From contig JBGTLG010000041.1 in assembly GCA_041744215.1 (NCBI GenBank), positions 128,001 through 192,000 of the forward strand: 64,000 bases of DNA, written 5' to 3'. Positions 58,143-64,000 of this stretch are shown here, piece by piece (positions within the stretch are counted from its first letter, which is position 1; each line of letters opens with the position of its first letter). The position numbers were made by a program, and so were the translations under genes. The DNA is from Fimbriimonadales bacterium. Lineage in GTDB: Bacteria; Armatimonadota; Fimbriimonadia; Fimbriimonadales; ATM1. A model generated the notes under the pieces. That model saw nothing but the letters and a program-made list of their open reading frames with translations, was not told the origin of the DNA and ran no database searches.

Positions 58143-58558
58143 CAGTCCTTCACCGGCGAATTGACAATGAGGATACGTGTTACCTGCTCGTCTGCCGAGA
58201 TCTCGACCTTGATGTAGCCTCCTGCGCGCTCAAAGGTGAGTGATTTCGGTCTGGCGACCTCAATGTCCGGCTCGCCCAGCTTTTCCCGGTAGAACGCTTC
58301 GACTTCCTTCGCGATTGACTTCGTCGCGAACTCAGCGCGCTTGAGGGTTCCGGGGCCTTTAATCTCGGTTGTGAATGATATGACGTCAGAGCCTGGGAAG
58401 ATCGGCGCGCCCAGATCCTGCTCCGTGACTGTAGGCGTGTACATCGTCGGCAGCTTTCTTTGGCGCGGCGTGGTGTCGCTGGCCGGAGCATCCGATTCGA
58501 GCGACGCTCCGCAACCCACCGAAACAGCGATAGTCAGCGCCGAAAGCAGCATTCTCAT
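58142..58558 (-). CDS. Hypothetical lipoprotein
   Basis: MRMLL...SVGC lipobox; LGAPIFPGS. Confidence 0.7.
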   Translation of the reverse strand: MRMLLSALTIAVSVGCGASLESDAPASDTTPRQRKLPTMYTPTVTEQDLGAPIFPGSDVISFTTEIKGPGTLKRAEFATKSIAKEVEAFYREKLGEPDIEVARPKSLTFERAGGYIKVEISADEQVTRILIVNSPVKD

Positions 58559-58616
58559 GACGGGAAACTGTACCTTCCAATGTTGCTGTCGCCCAACTGT
58601 CGAGTAAGATTGTCGC

Positions 58617-59159
58617 GTGGCAGTGATCAGGCGGTATCGAAGTCTCGCTCCTTTCACAGCCGAGGAGTTGGTGGACGCGGCAAACCGCTTGCTCCGCACC
58701 GGTCGCGGGAGGGAGTTGACAAAACGGACCGTGCGCTACTACGTGTCCCAGGGATTGATCCCCCCACCGCTAGGTCCATCCAAGTTCGCGAGGTACACCT
58801 ATCAGCACCTCCTCCTGCTTCTAATCGTGCGCGCCTCGCTCGACCACGGCCACCGTTTAGAGCTCATCGCGAAGAACCTTGCTGACCTTGAAAGCGCTCC
58901 GGACGAAGCCCTCGAGGCCGAGGCGGCTAGATGGCTAAGGGGGGAGCACAGCGAACAACACAAGGCATTCGAATCCTCATTCGCAGCCGGCATGGTCATG
59001 GAGCCTGCGCTCGAATACGCTTCGCCGGGCCCTGCCTTTGGGAAGCTCGTCCTTCGGATCGAACTGACTCGGCATACGACGCTCGAGGTCGATGCGGGCG
59101 CCGACCTCCGATCGGAGCTTCGTGCGGCACTAGCAGAACTTAGAAGAAAAGTCGATTGA
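58617..59159 (+). CDS. MerR-type HTH transcriptional regulator
   Basis: FT.EEL, RTVRYY.SQGLIPPP, ARYT..HL..L. Confidence 0.85.
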   Translation: MAVIRRYRSLAPFTAEELVDAANRLLRTGRGRELTKRTVRYYVSQGLIPPPLGPSKFARYTYQHLLLLLIVRASLDHGHRLELIAKNLADLESAPDEALEAEAARWLRGEHSEQHKAFESSFAAGMVMEPALEYASPGPAFGKLVLRIELTRHTTLEVDAGADLRSELRAALAELRRKVD

Positions 59160-59163
59160 CCTC

Positions 59164-59211
59164 TTGACAGTTCACGACAGTTGCGGTACACTATAGCTGT
59201 CGTGCAACTGT
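59164..59211 (+). promoter_or_regulatory. Promoter with inverted operator repeats
   Basis: TTGACA (59164-69), 17 nt, TACACT (59187-92); CAGTTCACGACAG / CTGTCGTGCAACTG inverted pair. Confidence 0.7.
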
Positions 59212-59241
59212 ACGGCAATTCAAAATGCGAGGAGGTCGCAC

Positions 59242-60675
59242 ATGAAGCACCAAGAAGTCCCCCTTTCTGCGGAGGTCATCGCCCACAAGGACGAGGCTTG
59301 CCGCTTACTTATGATTCGCGTGTCTGCCGCAGAGATCGAGAGCGAGACACGCCCTCCCGCTCGTGTAGCTATCGTCCTTGACAGGAGCGGTTCTATGTCT
59401 GGTGGCCCGATAACGGTCGCTCGATCAGCGGCAGCGCGTCTGATCAGGTCGCTGGACAAGCAAGATAGGGTCGCCGCGGTCGCTTTCGACCACATCGTGG
59501 AGCAGCTTGCCCCGATGGCTGCTCCGTCGGAGGGCCTGGCCAAGTTGGTCGAGCGTATCGAAGTGAGAGGAAGCACCAATCTCCACGGTGGTTGGCTTGC
59601 CGGCTCGAAGTCGGTCGGCCGTGGTGGGCGCGTGATTCTGCTTTCAGACGGACACGCGAACGCAGGCGCTCACGTTGACGCCGAGGCGCTCGCTCGCCAA
59701 GCTAGCCGCGCTTACTCAAAGTACAAGGTCACGACCACGACTATCGGAGTCGGAGTCAACTACGACGAGTCGCTGATGGCTGGCATGGCGAGGCAAGGAG
59801 GAGGCTCCCACTACTTCGCCACGGATGTCGAGTCGATCATGGCTGCATTTTCTCAGGAGAGAATGAACATCGGCGAGATCGTCATCGAGCACGTCACGGC
59901 TACTGTCGCGGGTGAGGAACGTCCGCTGGGTCACTTTTGGTCTGGAGAAACGAAGACGATTGTAATCCCCGTTGAGACAGACGCTCCTGTGCCGATTCTC
60001 GTACGCTACACGCTCGCCGGGTCCGATGAAGAATTGCTGCTTCTCCCGGCGTTCCCGACCGAGTTCGGCAAGAACGACGAGGTTACGCTTGAGTACTCTT
60101 TCTCGATCGCGGCGGAGATCGAAGATGAAGTGGCGGGAGTTCACAGTTCTGAACACGCTGGCGCAGTTCGCCAGCGCGCTCGCGACTTGCAGCTATCGCT
60201 CCTCAACCATCCTCTTTCGGAAACCACGCCAGCCCAGGCGGTCATCGAAAGGATGGATCAGCTGATCGTCGCAATGGAACAACTCGAACGCGAGTACGAC
60301 GAAGGCTTCGCTGTGTATCAGCGCAAGCGGGGCGCGCAATACGCTCACAATTTCCTCGAGTCGACGAGGGCGTTCGGACTCGTTCGTGAGGACGCCGAGA
60401 TACTGGCGGGCCTTCGCGCGCGCAGCGTGACGGAGGCTCGTTCGATCGAACCAGATCCTTCCGCGCTTCAGCTCGCGTCGCTGGAGCAGTGGGAGAAGTG
60501 GAGCGCACTGCCGATCGATTGCTCGAGGTCGGTTACAGTCGCGCTCGAGAACCCTCAAGACGGGTTCCTACTCGATGAGATATCGAAAGCGATTGGCAAG
60601 CGCGTTCGCGCGTATCGAACAGCCGTGCCGGTGGCGACTATCCAAGCGGGCTTGCTCAAGTTAGGGCATGCGTGA
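59242..60675 (+). CDS. VWA domain protein with C-terminal GspE/PilB-N-like domain
   Basis: MIDAS DRSGSMSG, GSTNL, LLSDGHAN, TIGVG..YDE; GAGGAGG RBS. Confidence 0.88.
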   Translation: MKHQEVPLSAEVIAHKDEACRLLMIRVSAAEIESETRPPARVAIVLDRSGSMSGGPITVARSAAARLIRSLDKQDRVAAVAFDHIVEQLAPMAAPSEGLAKLVERIEVRGSTNLHGGWLAGSKSVGRGGRVILLSDGHANAGAHVDAEALARQASRAYSKYKVTTTTIGVGVNYDESLMAGMARQGGGSHYFATDVESIMAAFSQERMNIGEIVIEHVTATVAGEERPLGHFWSGETKTIVIPVETDAPVPILVRYTLAGSDEELLLLPAFPTEFGKNDEVTLEYSFSIAAEIEDEVAGVHSSEHAGAVRQRARDLQLSLLNHPLSETTPAQAVIERMDQLIVAMEQLEREYDEGFAVYQRKRGAQYAHNFLESTRAFGLVREDAEILAGLRARSVTEARSIEPDPSALQLASLEQWEKWSALPIDCSRSVTVALENPQDGFLLDEISKAIGKRVRAYRTAVPVATIQAGLLKLGHA

Positions 60676-60724
60676 GGCAATTCCGGGCGGAGGCGCGTCC
60701 TCCGCCCGGGTAAAACCCTGGTCT

Positions 60725-61786
60725 ATGAACGCGAAGCTGCTGCAAAAGCTAACTGAAGCCCACGGCGTGCCCGGACAAGAAGATGCTATTCGCGAGATAG
60801 TCCGCGAAGAGCTTGATAAGATCTGCGAAATCTCCATTGACACGATGGGCAACATGGTTTGCGTCAAGTCTGCCACAGAGAAGCCAAAGAAGGGCGACCC
60901 CAAGAAGCTCATGCTCGCCGCGCATATGGATGAGATCGGATTCATGGTCAAGTTCATCGACGACAAAGGTTTTCTGAGGCTCCAGCCGCTGGGAGGTTGG
61001 GACCCAAGACAGATGGCATCACAGCGCGTAATTGTCCATACCAAGAAAGGCGCGATTAACGGCTTATTGGGGCTCCAAACGAAGCCAAAGCACATGCTTA
61101 CGCCTGAAGAGGCAAACAAGCCGGTAACAACGGACAGCTACTTCGTAGATATCGGCATGGATGGCGGTGCAGCGAAGAAGAATGTCCGACTCGGCGATAT
61201 GGTGACGATGAATCGGAAATTTCAACAGATGGGCAAGCTTTGCACTTGCAAGTCCATGGACGATCGCGCTGCGGTCTACACGATGATCGAAGCAGTCAAA
61301 TCTGTAAAGAAGCATTCAGTCGATGTCTATGCGGTGGCGACCGTTCAGGAAGAGATCGGACTCAGAGGCGCCACAGCGTCGGGCTGGGCGATTAAGCCTG
61401 ACATCGCCGTCGCGATTGACATAACACTTGCAAACGACATTCCCGGCATACCTGAAACCGATCACGTCACAAAACTGGGTGAAGGCACCGCGATAAAGAT
61501 CATGGATTCCTCGCTCATCTGTCACCCGCGCATGGTGGACCACTTCCGAGAGCTTGCGGAGAAACACAAGATCAAACATCAGATGGAGGTTCTCCCGTTT
61601 GGAGGAACGGACGCTGGTGGGGTACAGCGATTGCACGGCGGCATTCCCTCATTCACACTTTCAATCCCGACACGCTACGTTCACACGGTCAATGAAACCG
61701 TCCATTCGGACGACGTAGACGCCAGCGTAAAAATTCTTTCTGCGTACATCGAGGATGCACACAATGGAGACTACTCGTATCGCTAA
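60725..61786 (+). CDS. M42 family (TET-like) aminopeptidase
   Basis: G.PG.E, AAHMDEIG, SMDDR, QEEIGLRGA, GGTDAG, RYVH. Confidence 0.95.
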   Translation: MNAKLLQKLTEAHGVPGQEDAIREIVREELDKICEISIDTMGNMVCVKSATEKPKKGDPKKLMLAAHMDEIGFMVKFIDDKGFLRLQPLGGWDPRQMASQRVIVHTKKGAINGLLGLQTKPKHMLTPEEANKPVTTDSYFVDIGMDGGAAKKNVRLGDMVTMNRKFQQMGKLCTCKSMDDRAAVYTMIEAVKSVKKHSVDVYAVATVQEEIGLRGATASGWAIKPDIAVAIDITLANDIPGIPETDHVTKLGEGTAIKIMDSSLICHPRMVDHFRELAEKHKIKHQMEVLPFGGTDAGGVQRLHGGIPSFTLSIPTRYVHTVNETVHSDDVDASVKILSAYIEDAHNGDYSYR

Positions 61787-62498
61787 TCGGCTGACAGAAT
61801 CGGAACGAAAGTTCGCCGACGCCAACGGATACTTCGTACGCCGAAAAGTCTTTGCTGCGCAAGAAGTCGCAGACATGATCGAACATTACATGGCGATCAA
61901 TGCTGCCGGATCGCATCCTGGCGATTTTGCCGGAGTTCCGCGCAAATCGAAGTCTGACGAACCCGATCCGCTCGAGCAGTATCCGCGACTGATCCAGATG
62001 CACCACTACGACAAGAAAACAGAAGAATGGATGAACGACCCCAGGCTTACCTCGCCCGTTGGCGAGTTAATGGGGCAAAGAGCGGTGCTGATTCAAACGA
62101 TGCTGTACTTCAAACCGCCCGGCGCAAGGGGACAGTCATTTCACCAGGACAACCTGTACCTGCGAACGACTCCGATTGCCGCCGCTTGGGTGGCGCTCGA
62201 CCGCGCAGACGAGGAGAATGGGTCGATGCTTATGGCGGATGGAAGCCACAAGCTTGGCCTGCTCGAAAGGGAAGAGGCGGATACTGATTGGAGCTTCACC
62301 AGCGATGCGACAAAAATGCCGGTCGGCGCAAATCTGACGCCGACCGTGCTTGACCCAGGTGATGTTATGTTTTTCGGCGGACTCGTCATTCACGGAAGCT
62401 ATCCGAATCGTACAAAGGATCGCTTTCGCAGATCCTTCATCTGCCACTATGAAGGCGAGAACGCTACGAAACTTTCAGGCGAATCGCAACTTCACTAA
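61755..62498 (+). CDS. Phytanoyl-CoA dioxygenase family (Fe/2OG) protein
   Basis: KPPG..GQ.FHQDN, AWVALD, GSHK, HGS.PN.T.DR.R. Confidence 0.92.
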   Translation: MHTMETTRIANRLTESERKFADANGYFVRRKVFAAQEVADMIEHYMAINAAGSHPGDFAGVPRKSKSDEPDPLEQYPRLIQMHHYDKKTEEWMNDPRLTSPVGELMGQRAVLIQTMLYFKPPGARGQSFHQDNLYLRTTPIAAAWVALDRADEENGSMLMADGSHKLGLLEREEADTDWSFTSDATKMPVGANLTPTVLDPGDVMFFGGLVIHGSYPNRTKDRFRRSFICHYEGENATKLSGESQLH

Positions 62499-64000
62499 TC
62501 GGGAACTCGCTCGCGCCAGCTGCGCCGCTTGAGCGACACTATCGACTCGTCTCCAGGCATCCCAGGAGGAAGGTTTTTCGCTAGTGAAGGCACTTGGTAG
62601 ATGTTGGGAACGTTTGTTCCCATGTCGTAGTAGTTCGCGACAAATGTTCCCGCGATTTGGTTTTGCTTTCGACTCGTTACTGTCCCTTGGGCGTAGTAGG
62701 CTCCCATCATCGACAATTGTGCGTCGCCCGGACCAGTCGCCAAATTGATGTTTCGCAAGGCTATGAACCCGAGTGCAGTTTGCGTTGGGAACAGTTTGCC
62801 GTCTACGGGCAGAATGTTCGAATGAACATCGATGCTTCCGGTCGCGTAGAGAGATCCTCGGCCGTCAAAACGGATGTCCATGTTCTTCTCGCCGAGATCT
62901 AGGTCGCCAGCGATCTTCACGATTCCATTTACGATTAGTTTACCCGGCTGACCATCGCCTGGAGGCGTCCAAGAAATGGAATTCCCGTCCAAATCAGAAT
63001 AGCTGAAAGCGGCTGTTGTGCTCTTGATCGAACTGACCGCTACTGTCAACGAATTGGCCTCCAGGAACGCTTTGTGATTTGCATACAGGACGTTGTTGCC
63101 TGGGTATCGATACGGTTGTGAGCCTATACCTTCGATCAGCGGGAACCTCACACGGTCTCCCAAGTCGTACTTGTCACCCGTTCCATTGTCCGATGTGACG
63201 CCGCCTGCTCCCGGGCTGCCTGTGTATCCGTCGTTGACATAGGAACCCAGGATCGAGCCCTTATCTCCGGTCGCTGGGCTCGTTTGTCCTATAGTCGCTG
63301 CGCCTTGCAGACGGATCAGCCCGTGTTTCACTCGCACTTCGGTGCTGAGCGAGCGAAGACCGTTGTCCATCGGGATGGTCGGAATCCGATTTGTGAGCAA
63401 GCTCGGCATACCGTTGTAGTTGTTTCCGATATGCGCTGTGCCACTGAAAGCAGAGTTGAGTTCGGTGACCGTCAGCGGTGGATCGTACATTCCGTTGCCA
63501 TTGCTGTCGTTGTACGGTTCTTCTTGAGTGTAGACACCATCGCCGTTTACGTCGACGAAGGGTTCGCCCGGATCCCAACGGCCATTCCCATTTAGGTCTG
63601 TGAACGGCTCTGCAGCGTCGCGGACACCGTTCCCATTCAAGTCCTCGAAAGCTTCGCCATCTCCAAGCAGGTGCACTGAGCCACGAATATCTACGTTGCC
63701 GTTTATCGCCTGTCCAGACGCACCAGTGCCAGCGAAGATCGCGTTGTTCCAGATGCCTACATCTCTAGCGTTCACGAGAACACGGACACTTCGACCGACT
63801 CTGCCTTTGCTGGCATCTGCCGTGATCCACGCCGCGGTTCCGCCGTCGACCGGTTGAATATGGACCGTGCCTTCAACTCCCTCAGGGAGTTCCATTGGCA
63901 TATCTGCCACATCGATATACTTTTCGTAGATCGTGCCGCGGTTTTTTTCAGCGTCCTCGATGACAAGTTGATAAGCGAAGTCCGCTCCTGCTTGCGCTAT
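62495..64000 (-). CDS. PilX-like protein with Ca-binding repeats; 5' end lies outside the window
   Basis: Frame is open to nt 64000 (IAQAGADFAY..., PilX AEAG-like motif); C-terminal SWRE like the STWQD ending of 45625..47424. Confidence 0.75.
   Translation of the reverse strand: MAQAGADFAYQLVIEDAEKNRGTIYEKYIDVADMPMELPEGVEGTVHIQPVDGGTAAWITADASKGRVGRSVRVLVNARDVGIWNNAIFAGTGASGQAINGNVDIRGSVHLLGDGEAFEDLNGNGVRDAAEPFTDLNGNGRWDPGEPFVDVNGDGVYTQEEPYNDSNGNGMYDPPLTVTELNSAFSGTAHIGNNYNGMPSLLTNRIPTIPMDNGLRSLSTEVRVKHGLIRLQGAATIGQTSPATGDKGSILGSYVNDGYTGSPGAGGVTSDNGTGDKYDLGDRVRFPLIEGIGSQPYRYPGNNVLYANHKAFLEANSLTVAVSSIKSTTAAFSYSDLDGNSISWTPPGDGQPGKLIVNGIVKIAGDLDLGEKNMDIRFDGRGSLYATGSIDVHSNILPVDGKLFPTQTALGFIALRNINLATGPGDAQLSMMGAYYAQGTVTSRKQNQIAGTFVANYYDMGTNVPNIYQVPSLAKNLPPGMPGDESIVSLKRRSWRERVPD
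63476..63655 (-). repeat. Four tandem 15-aa EPFxDxNGNGxxDxx repeats (45-nt period)
   Basis: EAFEDLNGNGVRDAA / EPFTDLNGNGRWDPG / EPFVDVNGDGVYTQE / EPYNDSNGNGMYDPP. Confidence 0.85.

Overview
GC-rich bacterial chromosomal window with about 58 protein genes and one tRNA-Ala(GGC). No CRISPR array, rRNA, integrase or transposase is visible. Gene content (SigH, a proteasome-type ARC ATPase, PEP-CTERM and choice-of-anchor B proteins, a prepilin cluster, many apparently leaderless genes) suggests Armatimonadota, Fimbriimonadales-like; this is inference. Housekeeping genes include ctaA/ctaB, kynA/kynU, dapF, recA-recX-ymdB, sigH, cdsA, udg, arc, recF-dciA-comEC and valS. The most notable observations are: (1) an RqlH-like RecQ-PRTase plus DprA-like gene pair; (2) a MerR-HTH and VWA gene pair whose promoters share a 16-bp motif, with a GspE/PilB-N-like domain fused to the VWA protein; (3) a DnaA-box cluster upstream of recF with no dnaA/dnaN (candidate oriC), plus a truncated DnaA paralog heading a CBS-GGDEF/ARC run about 6 kb away; (4) a GCAC-N4-GTGC palindrome inside the recA promoter (variant SOS box candidate); (5) a candidate rod-shaped ncRNA at about 23.6-23.77 kb; (6) an otherwise intact rhodanese gene with TAG at codon 3; (7) a BshC-like orphan coupled to dapF. 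All family calls come from recognising motifs by eye; no searches were run.
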